Origin: Spirogloea muscicola
Taxonomy: Eukaryota
NCBI GenBank assembly: GCA_009602725.1
Contig: WELB01000016.1
Coordinates: 311,427-375,426 of the forward strand
Reading direction: 5' to 3'
DNA length: 64,000 bases
Shown piece by piece: positions 50,356 through 63,129 of the stretch. The position numbers were made by a program, and so were the translations under genes. Under the pieces are notes generated by a model. That model worked only from the letters and a program-made list of their open reading frames with translations, was not told the DNA's origin and made no database searches. The first letter of the stretch is position 1, and every line of letters begins with the position of its first letter.

Positions 50356-51347
50356 CAATGGTGGCCCGACTCCCCAGTGCCGCCGCTGCCGCCGGCGGCG
50401 CTGTGGCCGCCGGCAGCCCTGGCTGGACCTGGCAGAGCAGCAGGGGGATGGGTGACCACACATTCGTCAGGGGTTTGTAAGCTGGGACACCGCACAAGAG
50501 TTGATGGTCACTTTCTTTGGCCGCTCAACAGCTTGCGGTGGGCTTGGTCGCCATCGTCAGTCGACTCCGCCGCGCTGTTGCCGCTGATCGAGCCGCATAC
50601 TACGCTTGCGATGCCTCAGTGTTCAGCCCGCATCTAGCAGCCATCGCCACCTCGAGCTTTGGAAAGGCTACAACAACAGCCTTGCCCAAGGCCCAGTAGC
50701 TGGCGGCGATTATGGTGGCAGTGGCGGCAAAGGAGGCAAGGCTAGATGGCAGGCCTGCCTTGTAGCCCTGTTTCGAGCAGCCCAGCTTACACGCTCGCAG
50801 CGAGCGGCTCTGCGTGGCCCCCTGTCCTGATCAGTCAGGCAGTCCAGGACGCCATGCATGCCAAGGAGATAGACAGGTGCTTGGATGGAGCTTTGGTGCA
50901 TCGGTGTAGCCCGCCTCCCATGTGCTGGTTGGCTGAGCCAGTCGCGGTGTGAAGGAGGCACAGAAAAGGGGCTCACAACGGCACCCAGCGCTGTGGCTGT
51001 CAGCAGCGCCGATCGCGGGAAGTAGACGATAGAGGCCCGCAGCCGGCCCGGCCCGGCTGCCTCCTCGCTGCCTCCTCGCTTCCGTGCTGACCTCCCACCT
51101 GTCAAGGGCCTGGCTAGGCTTGAGCAGGCGGCAGGCAAGAGCGGCCCCTGCTGCCCAGAAAGGTGAGCCGTGGTTGCTGCTGCGGAACGCTAGGCCGCGG
51201 AAGCCGCCCCAGTGCGTGCTGGAGGGGAGCCACAAGTCGAGGCGTAAAGAGGTAACAACAGGAAACAACGAAAGAGCGAGAAAGGGGGGAGAAAGGAGGG
51301 AGGGCAATTTGGGGGGGGGGGGGGGGCAGGCAGGAGAGAGAGGGGGA

Positions 51348-51874
51348 NNNNNNNNNNNNNNNNNNNNNNNNNNNNNNNNNNNNNNNNNNNNNNNNNNNNN
51401 NNNNNNNNNNNNNNNNNNNNNNNNNNNNNNNNNNNNNNNNNNNNNNNNNNNNNNNNNNNNNNNNNNNNNNNNNNNNNNNNNNNNNNNNNNNNNNNNNNNN
51501 NNNNNNNNNNNNNNNNNNNNNNNNNNNNNNNNNNNNNNNNNNNNNNNNNNNNNNNNNNNNNNNNNNNNNNNNNNNNNNNNNNNNNNNNNNNNNNNNNNNN
51601 NNNNNNNNNNNNNNNNNNNNNNNNNNNNNNNNNNNNNNNNNNNNNNNNNNNNNNNNNNNNNNNNNNNNNNNNNNNNNNNNNNNNNNNNNNNNNNNNNNNN
51701 NNNNNNNNNNNNNNNNNNNNNNNNNNNNNNNNNNNNNNNNNNNNNNNNNNNNNNNNNNNNNNNNNNNNNNNNNNNNNNNNNNNNNNNNNNNNNNNNNNNN
51801 NNNNNNNNNNNNNNNNNNNNNNNNNNNNNNNNNNNNNNNNNNNNNNNNNNNNNNNNNNNNNNNNNNNNNNNNNN
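51348..51874. other. Assembly gap (N run) between the bHLH gene and BTS
   Basis: Run of Ns. Confidence 0.99.
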
Positions 51875-52465
51875 TCTGAGTAGCTAGCAGGCGGAAAGAC
51901 GTCGCCCTGACGGAAGCCGGAGGCCGCCGCCAGAGCGCGGCCTGCGCGCAAGTGGACCGCAAAAGCTAGGGACCGCTGCAAAGAGACGGCCAGGCGCATC
52001 CGGTAAACTTGGGCGAGGGACCCGGCGACATGGAAGCCAGGCTGCTCGCCTTGCTGCCCGTCGCGGCGGGCCGCTGCTCGCCGCGCAAGGCGGTGAAGGA
52101 GGTCAGAAAGTGTCCTTTCAGAAAGTGTCCTTTCATCTCTCCCCCGTCGGAGCGGCCCGCTTTTCACATGTAATGACGGCCGCATGAAACGGGGGGCCAC
52201 TGCTCGACGTCGGCGTGACGTTCCCGCCGGGCTTGCGTCAGCCATTGCCAGCCTCCCAAGCGGGCTGGCTTCTCACAGCCCTTGCCCCCATTGGGAGAGC
52301 CACTTCTCCAAAGCGGCCGTCTCATCAAATGGCTTTGCACAGCCCTCGCCCCGTTTGGGAGAGCACACTGTTTTTCTGAACAATGCTTTGGCTTGAGTTG
52401 GCCTCCCTTTCATTTCATCGAACTGCGCGCCTTCTCTCTCTCTTTTTCACAGCCCTCGCCCCCTA
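51875..52465. repeat. Modular repeat copies upstream of BTS
   Basis: cgggctggcttctcacagcccttgcccccattgggagagccacttct lies at 52261-52307, with partial copies at ~52331 and ~52444. The - strand module at 51875-52005 resembles 10345-10420 and 32610-32730. Confidence 0.85.
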
Positions 52466-52855
52466 CAGAAGAATCTTCCCATAGAAGAGCATGCTTCTTA
52501 CCTGCCCTTTTGATATCAGCATTCTATTTCTCTTCTTCTTGCCAGCTGCTCTTCTCTATGGGCGAGCACTTTCTTCTTAGATGGGCGGGTAGGACACATG
52601 CGGAGAAGGGGTGCAGCTCGCATCACGCTCGAGCCCAAGTTGGGCAGCGTGTGCCCTCTGCTCAAGCCGCCATCACTCCACGTCTGGGCCCTGCGCCCGC
52701 GCGCCCCTCCCGCCGTCACTGCCGCCGCCTCCACCTCCGCCGCCGTTGCGGCATGGCGGCCTCACGCCTCCCCTGCTTTCCTCGGTGACGCTCCTCGAGC
52801 GGAGCCCCGCCCGCAGCCGCCACAGCTGCTGCTGTTGCCGCCCTCCGCTGCCGCC

Positions 52856-55800
52856 ATGCAGGCTGGCGGCGCGGTGCAGGTGGACGTGATGCCCAGGGCA
52901 GCAGTGCCCGCGTACCTGACGCTGCCTGCTCCGCAGCAGCTGCCGCGAAGCCATTCGCCTCCGGCGTGCTCCTCGTCGCCCATCCGCGAGTTCTTCTTCT
53001 TCCACAAGGCCATCCGGGGCGAGCTCGCGCGGCTTCACCAGGATGCCCTGGCGCTCGAGCGGGGCGACGCCCAGGACGTCGACGGCATGACTGAGCGCTA
53101 CCGCTTCCTGTGCTCCGTGTACAAGTACCACAGCAGCGCCGAGGATGTCGTACGTGGACGTGATCCTGCCAAGCTCTTCTGCGAGCTGGCCATCAGCTCC
53201 TGCAGGCCATGTTCGAGCTTCGATTTCCATGGTGCTCACAACTGGCGCTAATCCTGTGTCGCAGGTGATTCTTCCTGCGCTAGATGAGAGGGTGAAGAAC
53301 GTAGCCCATACCTACTCTCTCGAGCACAAGGTCGAGAGTGACAGGTTTAACCAGATGACAGCACTGCTACTTGAGGTGAAGGGGAAGGTCGGGCAAGAGT
53401 GCCCGAAACTCCTGCGCCAGCTCGTCTGTGCCACAGAAGCTCTTCAGACGACTCTCCGTCAGCATCTCTTTAAGGAGGAACAGCAGGTCTGCTCTCCTGT
53501 TGAGAGCCAGGGTCTGTTGACATCATATTCTGTGCTGATTAGTAGCTCGAATTGATAATGACATTCTTGTATAAACAGGACGTTTGTAGCTGCAATGACC
53601 TTACGTAGTGCAACTGCTCCCACTGTTACAGCGCAGCACAATCAGCACAATCACCAGTGGCAATGATCTTTCCAATTATCCCCATTTCGGAGCCACTTTC
53701 TCCTTAGTCTGATATTTGCACCGCTGTGACAGGTATTCCCATTGCTCATGGAGAACTTCTCAGCTGCAGAGCAGGCAGATCTTGTGTGGCAATTCATGTG
53801 CAGCATACCTGTGAGCCTGATAGAGGAGTGCCTGCCATGGATCAAGTCTTTCCTCTCTGAGGTAGAGCAGCAGGAGATGATGGACCATATGTATGAAGTT
53901 GTGCCAGGCGAAGAGCTTCTTCAGCAGGTGCGTGATAGGTGGACTGTTTTGCGAAGTTGTCGAGGAGTCCTGGTTGTGACATGCAGCACTTCACTCAAGC
54001 ACTTGCTGCTGTTATAGGTCATAGCTACAGATTTAGTCGCTTCCTTGGCAATCTGGCATCATTGAATGTATGACAGCCCTCGTGATCTAAGGCAGATGAT
54101 TTTTGCAGGTAGTGTCAATGTGGTTGTCAAACAAGGACGCCGTCTCCAGCAGTAGGAACAGCCACTGGAGCGACGGTAAAGGCACAAACACAGCTCTACC
54201 TTTTAGAGCACCTCGGGAGAATAGTGGAGAGGACCTAACACATGAAGCGGAGGCAGTGTCTGGCGAAAGATGTCAGGGGAGCATTACAGAGCTCAGTACA
54301 GAGGCATCAGGGGCATCAGGGCGAGCAGTGGGCTACTGGCCTTTATCATCGACCGATGCAAAGGAGACTTCAATCAGACATCCCATCGATGAGCTCATCC
54401 TGTGGCACAATGCCATTAGGATGGACTTAGATGCTTTTGCGGACAAGGTGGCAGTATTGGGAAGCGCTGGGCAACTTTCGAGGGCTGTTCTTGATACTTT
54501 TGCTGAGCAGTACCGGTTTTTGAACGACGTCTGCCTCTTCCACGGGTGATATGTCCTACCTGAGCTCATAGAGAAGTGATGAGAAGATGGTGAGGGCATG
54601 CATGGAGCTGAACAATGTGCTGAGCAGGTTGTCTGCATGATCATAAGGCGCTGACAACACTGCCTATGCTTGGCAGGACTGCTGAGGACAAGGTTGTTCT
54701 TCCGACCTTGAGAATGAGCATTCAGTCTGACCATGAGCAGTTGCCAGAATCATGCTATGCAGAGCATGCGGAAGAAGAGCAGAGATTTCATGACGTAGCT
54801 GAATTACTGGAAAAAGCACAGCTCAGAGTTGGTAATGACGATTCTATTGCACGCGACTTGGTGGAAGAGCTCTGTCAGCGTTCAGAAGGCATTGTCGCGA
54901 CAGTGCGGTTGCACCTTCTTACTGAGGAAGAGAAGGTAGTCAGGCATGCAGGTGTCTCAAGCTTGAGGACTGCTGCCTTCTCAAGCCTTGTGACATTTAT
55001 TCCAGCTGGCATGATTGCTACCAGTGCGTCGATGCTCTACACTACTTACACAGTTTCACTATATTACAGGTTCTACCGCTCGCCAGGAAGTACTGTAGCG
55101 TGGAAGAGCAGCGCGTCATGGTCTATCAGAGCTTGAGGGTTATGCCTCTGAGGCTACTTCAGCGAGTCCTTCCCTGGCTCACAGCCCGAGTCAGTGAGGA
55201 GGAGGCTGTCAACATGATCCAGAATATGCACCTGGCCGGTGGGAAGCTGTCCACTGGCTCGCATGCAGCAGTCTTTGGTGTCAGCAGTCTTTGGTGTGTA
55301 GTCAAGATAGCAAGTGAACCCGAAAGCTTGGCTGGCTATGCTCGCTGACAGAGGGATGCTTGTTCTCTGCAGCTCCATTAGTGGATGCCCCGCTTGTCAA
55401 CCTTTTCTCCGGCTGGGCGACCAGGAGCCCGCTTACATCACCAGGGTCACCAGATGATGTGCTTATTTCGCAAGGGAGGGCATCGACAATCGACACCTGC
55501 AGGAATAAGGACAATTCTAGCAACTCTTCACCTTCTACTGCATCTACTGGGTGTCCTTCTGGCACAGAAAGGAGTGGGCAGATCTCAGAAGCGCTTCTTG
55601 AGAGAGAGGTGACAGGTACAACCATGGAGGCTTCCACTTCTGGCCGTATTGAAGCAGCCAAACTTAAAAGCAAGCCTGAGCACGTGGCTATCATGCCAGA
55701 GCCAGTGGGTCAAACATCATGTTGCTGTCCCACTGGATTGTTTGGCTGGGGACGAGTAGACAGGACCAGCGGCAGGAGGTCTCCTATTGATAACATATTC

Positions 55801-58800
55801 CAGTTCCACAAAGCGATCCGGAAGGACTTACAGTACTTATCCTCTGAGTCTGCAAAGCTTGGAGAAGCAGGGGATGAGCTCTTACTGGACTTCAGTGGTA
55901 GATTTCAGTTCCTGTGGGGCCTCTATCGGGCTCACAGCAATGCAGAGGATGACATTGTGTTCCCTGCTTTAGAGGCAAAGGAGGCCCTCCACAACGTCAG
56001 CCATTCATACACCATCGACCACAAGCAGGAGGAGCAATTGTTTGAGGACATAGCTAGTGTCATCTCACAGATGAGGGGTTTGAGCAGCAGTGAGAAAGGT
56101 CCAGAGGAGAAGGAGAGACAACGGAGAAGCCTAGCTGGGCAGTTGCACCGTATGTGCCAGTCTGTGTATATTAGCTTGGACCAGCACGTATCAAGAGAGG
56201 AGGTGGAGCTTTGGCCTTTGTTCACCGTGCACTTCACCAGCGAGGAGCAAGACAAGATTGTTGGCCGCATCATTGGGACAACGGGGGCTGAAGTATTGCA
56301 GGTGAGTTGCTGGCTTATTTTGGCACTTACTTAGGGCTGCAGGGATTCATCAACAGTAGTTGCCATCGTGTACAACAGATAATAGGAGAATAGAGAGTGC
56401 GCTGCCTGCACTATGCACTTTCTTTCCTGATGCCTTTTTGTGTGTACTGTTTCTGTTCTGTGCTGTCCCTCTGTGTTCTGTTCTGTACTGTACTGTCCTG
56501 CCCCAGTCCATTCTGCCGTGGATAACAGGAGCGCTTACTAAGGAGGAGCAAGAGCATATGATGGATAGCTGGCGCAATGCAACTCGGAATACGATGTTTG
56601 AGCAGTGGTTGAGTGCATGGTGGAAAGACTCCAAATTAGGTGGCAGCACGGTCGCGCCAGCAGTAGTTAACAACCAGGCGGAGGAGTCTTTGAAGATGGT
56701 GCTTGACTACTTTGGTGCTTCAGAAACCAAGCGCAAGCATGATGGTGTGTCGACTGTTGCTTCCAGTGATAGCCTCTTTCAAGGCAACACAGCAGATCTT
56801 GAGAGATCAGGAGACGCATCTGAAGTTGCGTCCTGCACAGAAGGACAGCACTGTTGCAGAGGACAAGGAAATTGTCTCAGGAAGCGGAAGCGAGAGGGAG
56901 CTGATGATAGTACGCCTGGATTTAAGGAAGCAGATGTAGATAATTGTGCGCAGGTAGAAGAGGAGAGAGAAACATTCAAGCCAGGTTGGCAGGACATATT
57001 TCGCATGAACCAGAAGGAACTAGAAGCCGCAATGTATAAGGTCAGCAGAGATCCGTCTTTGGACCCTCGGAAAAAGGACTACCTTATGCAGAATCTTATG
57101 ACAAGGTACCAATGTCCTTTTCATGTCTATTGTATTTCAGTAGCACTGACTTTTGGTTTGCAGACTCTGGCTATTTGTTTCATGCGTGCTCGGTACAACC
57201 AATTCCCAGGCTGCCATCGTTGAGCATGCTGCAACTAGTGCTTAGTTTTGGAGCTGTTTTGTTACGTCTTTGAGCGCCTATGTGTCTGCGATGCTTTTGT
57301 TTGTGACAGTCACCGTCATTGTGGCCACTCTCAGCTTGCATTTTGAAAACACCCAGGTAGACTATTCTGACAGCCAATACTTGTCATGTCTCACAGCCGG
57401 TGGATCGTCGCACAGCAGAAACAGAAGCCGGAGATAGATGGTGCGGATGATTGCTCAGCCGGTATGAAGCCCTCTTTTTACCAGGAGGCTGGGACTGATG
57501 GCCAGGCAGTCTTTGGTTGCCCCCACTACAAGCGCAACTGCAAGCTGAGGGCAGCATGTTGTGGCCAGCTCTTCACCTGCCGATTTTGCCATGATGATGT
57601 CTCCGACCACACCATGAACAGGTGAATGCACGCTGAGCTGCTGCGCACTGACTCAGTGGATAAGAGATAACATTTTTGTACGCAGTATCTGAGCAAGAGC
57701 AAGTGCATGCCATGGTGCATGCATCAATAGCAACATATCACATCAGATAAGCACAAGCTGAGTGTAATGTTGAGGTCACGTTTTAACGTGGTTTGGTCAG
57801 TGACATTCAAAGGTCCTGCTAGGATGAGCCTCTGTTGCGGTTATTGCTCTGCAGGCATGCAACCCAGGAGATGATGTGCATGCGTTGCCTTGAAGTGCAA
57901 CCTGTGTCCCAGACCTGCGCCACACCCTCATGCCAGGGTTTTGTCATGGCCCGATATTACTGTTCCATCTGCAAGTTCTTTGATGACGATGAGCGGTAAG
58001 CTGTCAGATGGCAAAGTGATCTCTTGATAGTAAGCCTCTTGAGGTGAAGATAGTAGTCCGTGGAACTACTTGCCGCACGTACTTGCCTATCTATCCTGCA
58101 TACTGACTGACTGCTATGCTGACTTCACCACCATGCGAATTGCAGAGACATCTATCACTGCCCGTCTTGCAACCTCTGCCGGGTTGGCAAAGGGCTTGGG
58201 ATTGACTACTTCCACTGCATGACGTGCAATGCTTGCATGAGCAAGAGCCTTTCTTCTCACAAGTGCTTAGAAAAGGGCATGGAGTCCAACTGCCCCATCT
58301 GTCATGACTTCCTCTTTACGTCCAAGACTCCGGTCAAGGCACTTCCCTGCGGGCATTTCATGCACTCTGCATGCTTCCAGGTGAATTCAGTAGGCAACAC
58401 TCTTCTGATATGAAGCGGGTACTGCAAGCCAAGATGCATAGATGGGAAGGTCAACCTTGGGCTACAAGTGGGGGCGATTGACGCAGTTGTAGTCATCCGT
58501 GAGCCTGTGAAGCTCAATGTGTGAGTGTCCATGGGAACTCATGGTCAAGTAAGGCGTCTTTCTGATTTGCAGGGCTACACGTCCAATTACTATACTTGCC
58601 CAATCTGCAGCAGATCTCTTGGGGATATGGGGGTGAGTGCACAAGCAGCTGATATTCACAATTGTACTGCTTGAGGAGCTCATATTGTGCCTAGAATGCT
58701 GGTAGTCTGTGAATGACTTCTGACAATTTGAAGTGCTTCATCACATCAGAAGCAAGTTTGTCAGAGAGGAATTAAGTAGAAAGTCCATTCGTTTCTACTG

Positions 58801-59141
58801 TCATTCACTGTAGGTGTACTTCGGCATGCTAGATGCCCTACTGGCTGCAGAAGAGCTTCCTGCTGAGTACAAGGATCGCGAACAGGTATGATATGATGGG
58901 GTGCCTTAGTCAGCAGTTCTCGAGTGCTCCTTGGCAATAAAACTGACTATGAGATTTGTTATCAACTTCATAAACTTCATGCGGCAAATGTATAGTCATT
59001 TGACAAGGTTTCCCAATGGTAATGTTTGGTGGTTGCCAGGACATTCTTTGCAATGACTGCGGGAAGGAGGGTGTGACCCGCTTTCATTGGATACATCACA
59101 AATGCCCCCATTGTGGGTCGTACAATTCCCGTACCATATGA
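52856..59141 (+). CDS. BTS: BRUTUS/HRZ-type iron-binding E3 ubiquitin ligase (three hemerythrin domains, CHY/CTCHY zinc finger, RING, zinc ribbon), multi-exon
   Basis: Exons encode PIREFFFFHKAIRGEL..YKYHSSAED, HPIDELILWHNAIR, PIDNIFQFHKAIRKDL..LYRAHSNAEDDIVFPALE, FKPGWQDIFRMNQ, GCPHYKRNCKLRAACC..CRFCHD, CPICHDFLF..LPCGHFMHSACF and CNDCG..HKCPHCGSYNSR*. Confidence 0.97.
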
Positions 59142-60124
59142 TGACATATGGTCATGTTGTACGGATGCAACATGGAGCTGTCCTTGCTAAGCTTCACTTT
59201 GGGCAGCACCCTGTAACATGCAATTGCCCTTGCAGTTATGCAACAGCAATGCATACACTAGGTCTTGTATGCAGCGTATGTATGCCATGCTCCGCTTAGT
59301 GCAGAGCATTGCATGATGCGTGAGAGGTGCACATTAGAATTTTGACAGTAATTGTACAGTGTTGCTTTGAATTTGAGTGTCCAGCGGACGCACAGTTCTG
59401 TAAGATGCAGGCACATGATGTATGTTCTTGTTTGTGCCTTACATAAACAAGTGGAACAGTCGAAGCTGGGCTCTGCACAGGATATGAAACTCTGGAGCCT
59501 CTGGCAGACTTCATCTGCCCCTTTGCATTGTGATTGAATGGCATGATGGTTTTGATCATATTTGTTCAGTTGGCCCCACTGCCTTTCAGAGTACAATTGG
59601 TAAATAACTCAGATAAGATTGGTAGAGACTTGACGAACTTGCAGATGGCAACATTACCTCACAGAAGGCTGCAAATAGACGGCACAAACTTTTCCAGATT
59701 TGCTTCCATGTCAGAGAAAGAATCAGAACACACTGATGTCTACTGCATGGTTGGTCCAGCAACACCTTCCGAGACGCTACGCAAGCTTCAACTATGCCAA
59801 GCTGTCCAATCCTCCACCTACTCCATCTGCCAAAAAAGTGTCTCCAGGGAGGCCTTCTAGCAGCCCCCGGAGTGGCTTCAGCCAAAGCTCTAAGCTGGTG
59901 TGCCGCTTTTGTTTGCTGCTCACCAGTTTGACTAGTGTACAGATACTGGAGGAGGATAGTCATCACGCAGCTATTGCTGCAATCACCATTGCAAAAGCGA
60001 TGACCAATGACGTACGAGAGGCCTCGCACCTCCATGCGGCCAAGTACGGCTGACCATGTTGCCAACACAACAGTGCTCAGTTGGGTAAGATTTCTGCAGA
60101 GCCCCTTGGCTCATGATGCAACCT

Positions 60125-62468
60125 TCATCTGCGTGCTGCTGCTTTTTGCACAATCTCGGCTGCCTGAGCATGCCCTCGGGATCGAAGAATGGCTTCCAGA
60201 TCTGGTAGGCCCCCCACTCGGTCCAACTCCTGCCCAGATGCAAATCTAGTGGTGAGATGGCAGCCCACTTCGTGCCTCCTAAATGTCCCTCCAGCACCGA
60301 AGCATGTGCATGCATGTGCAACCAGGCACCGCGAGCACATGGTACCACTTGAGGCCCTGCTGCCTCACCTCCACACCAAGGAACAAGCCGTACGGAACGC
60401 CCTTGAATTTGTCAGCATGATGGAGCTGCAGGAAAGACGGTATGGCAACATGGCAGACTACAGTCAGAGCTTAGAGCAGTGTCAAAGGTGACAAAGATAT
60501 AGCACAAAATACAACCGCAGAGGCCGTTGTAGATAAAGGTGAACAAGACAAGCACAGCCACAAAGTCCAAAGCACAAGAGAAGTCAAAGAAGTTATTGGA
60601 TGTTGTACCTGGTGCGCAGCAGCTACTGTCTGGAGGTATGGAACATTTGCGATGGGACCAACTGGGAACCTCCGGTGCACCAAGCCATCATGGACAAACA
60701 TGTAAGCCATCCCAAAGAGGGTAATGCCCAAACCCTGATGGAACAACAGTCAAAACGACTTTGTCAGCCAAGTCATAGAAACAGATGATTATTTCAGTTA
60801 TCAAATGCATAAAAAAGCAGAACCACAGAATCCACAAGACGCACAAATAGACTCATGATCACTCCATTGCACCAGTGGCCTATCTGCAACAACACCCCTT
60901 GCCTTGACTTGCATAACCCTTGCCCTGACTTCCATGCAAAGCTAGCATGTGAACAAACAAAACAGTCAGATAAGAGTTTGATGCTTACAGCTCCAAAGCA
61001 TAGCCCTGGACCAATCCCTTTGTTGAATTACCCATATGCCAAGAGGGCTATTGCGGGCACAGCATTGATGATTGCAAAGACATCGTTTGTCTCAAATGGT
61101 CCATCCCTTGGCAGGTGGTGAGACTGGCACATGGATCAAAATTGGGCAATTAGTACGTACAGCTCAACCTTGCTAACATCTAGCTAACAATAGAGCAGCC
61201 TGTTTCTGCCAGGGCCTTGGACACGAGTACTAGCACAAAGCAAGCTGTAAATGCTCCATACTCGTGGACAGGCTAAGCTGCAACAGGCAATACCTGGTGA
61301 AATGACTTCCTTGCACCTCCAAGCCGACACAGAATGGCACGAAATTGCCGCTCAAACTGCTGCAGTCAAGAGGAGGCTAACAAGCACAAGGTGCTCACCT
61401 CATGCATGCCCCACAGGGATGCATGCCAGAGAGCCCGGTGAGCCCACCGTGCCCAGAATTCCATACCCACCTGCCGCTTGTGACAGACCACTGTATCAGC
61501 ACCTGCCCACCATAAGGAAAAACACTCGCAGCTGCTTGACTCTCATTTGGGTTTGTTCCCAAGGACTGCATGGCAAACAATTTATGCTGTGACAGCTTGC
61601 TAGCAAGCTTCAGACACTGATCAAGTCAGCTGCTGAGCAATACTATCAAACACACGGGGCTGCAAGATGAGCTCCCACGCACCGCTGCCCCGATGGCCAG
61701 TGAGAAGGTTCCAGCGATTTCGATGTATGGCACGTCTCCTCCAGCCTGGCGGAGGTGGCAAACACGAGATTAGAGCCTAGCCAAAGAAAAGGAGAAGCAG
61801 GTAGAATCTCCCACTAGGTTTTGCTGAAGACTCGACTTTCTGGGCGGCGCAAACCCAACCCCGCACCCTCAAGCTTTCATGGCAGCACCTGCTGCGCCTG
61901 ACTCGTCTATGTGGTGCCATGCAGCTCGATCGTGGGGCAATCTCCCGCCCATGCAGCAGGAGAAGCGCAGCCCACTTCAGTAGTCGGAGGCTGGCCCTCG
62001 AGAGGCCAGCGGAGGGCGCCGAGGAGCACGGAGGAGAGCGGTGGAGCTGCGGGGCTTGTGGGTGCGCCGTCGAACACACCTGCATCTGCGAGACGAAGCG
62101 GTAGATGACGGCGCCGCAGGCGAGGCCGAGGAAGCCGATGCTGGAGGCGATGGCGGCGATGAGGTAGACGGCGCGCTCGTGGCTGCGCCGGCGCCGCCGC
62201 AGCACCGCCCGGTCCTCCGCGACGGCCCGCGCGGCGGCCTGGGCCAGCTCCCGGGNNNNNNNNNNNNNNNNNNNNNNNNNNNNNNNNNNNNNNNNNNNNN
62301 NNNNNNNNNNNNNNNNNNNNNNNNNNNNNNNNNNNNNNNNNNNNNNNNNNNNNNNNNNNNNNNNNNNNNNNNNNNNNNNNNNNNNNNNNNNNNNNNNNNN
62401 NNNNNNNNNNNNNNNNNGGCGGCAGCGGCGGCGGCGGCGGTGGCGGATCGGGCGAGGCCGGCCGCCAT
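60125..62468 (-). CDS. BCH: Non-heme di-iron beta-carotene 3-hydroxylase (BCH/CrtZ type); in-frame TAA at 61028-61030, so possibly a pseudogene or null allele
   Basis: Exons encode VGMEFWARWAHRALWHASLWGMHE|SHHLPRDGPFETNDVFAIINAVPAIALLAYG*FNKGIGPGLCFGA|GLGITLFGMAYMFVHDGLVHRRFPVGP..AAAHQ|LHHADKFKGVPYGLFLG. Exon 1 is interrupted by an N-gap. Confidence 0.92.
62256..62417. other. Assembly gap (N run) in BCH exon 1
   Basis: Run of Ns. Confidence 0.99.
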
Positions 62469-63129
62469 GGCCGAGCTGACGGACGGGAGCGAGGTAGGGG
62501 GAGCCTGGCCAGCGCCTGGGCCGGGGCGCGCCGCCGCCACGGGGGACCCCAGGCGGCCACCGTGCCGAACGAATGGAGCCTGTGTTGATTGAGACGCGGG
62601 CCTCAGTGGCCAAGAACAGTGGCAAGCACGTCGACAGATGGACATCACGGGCCGACGGGGGCGAGGAGAGAGCGCGCGGCTTTCTCCAAACGGGGGTGCC
62701 GTGGCTGCGGGAAGCGCGCCCCCCATCGGCCAACTTAGCCCTTTTCTTCTGGTTTCTGCCTGAACAGTGAATTGGCTTGAATTGGCCTCCGTTACATTTC
62801 AATGCGCCTCGCCTTCTGTCTCCCATCGACCGGTGCTGGCTCCGCTCGGCCTCCCCCAAGGCACGTCCCGCCATCAAAGTTGGCCACCCGCGCGCGCTCC
62901 TTGCTCTCATCCGGCTCGCCATCGAGCAGCGCCGTCTGCCCCGCTCGCCCCGCGTGCCGAGCGCCCACGCGGCGCGCCCGGCCGCGCCCACTGGCCCCGC
63001 CCGATCGCGGCTCCCCCGGCCAATCGGCCCCGCAGCTGCGTGGCTGGCGCCGCGGCGCGCCGCGTGGCGAGCCGGCCCGCGCCCACCACCCCCCCACAAT
63101 GACGATCGTCTTTTGGCGAGCGGGCAACC

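Noticed and set aside
50900..52850. IMA/FEP peptide gene between the bHLH gene and BTS
   Set aside because: No GDDD..APAA C-terminal motif is visible in the sequenced part; the N-gap cannot be assessed.
56443..56500. (CTGTN)n pentamer run
   Set aside because: It is a simple degenerate microsatellite in the polypyrimidine tract of a BTS intron.
59534..60068. ORFs between the BTS and BCH 3' ends
   Set aside because: No recognisable motif or convincing exon structure; probably UTR or intergenic sequence.
23237..62468. Larger iron or isoprenoid gene cluster (SDH2, BCH, HMGS, ADH with BTS)
   Set aside because: The genes act in different compartments and pathways and are interspersed with unrelated genes; co-location is probably chance.
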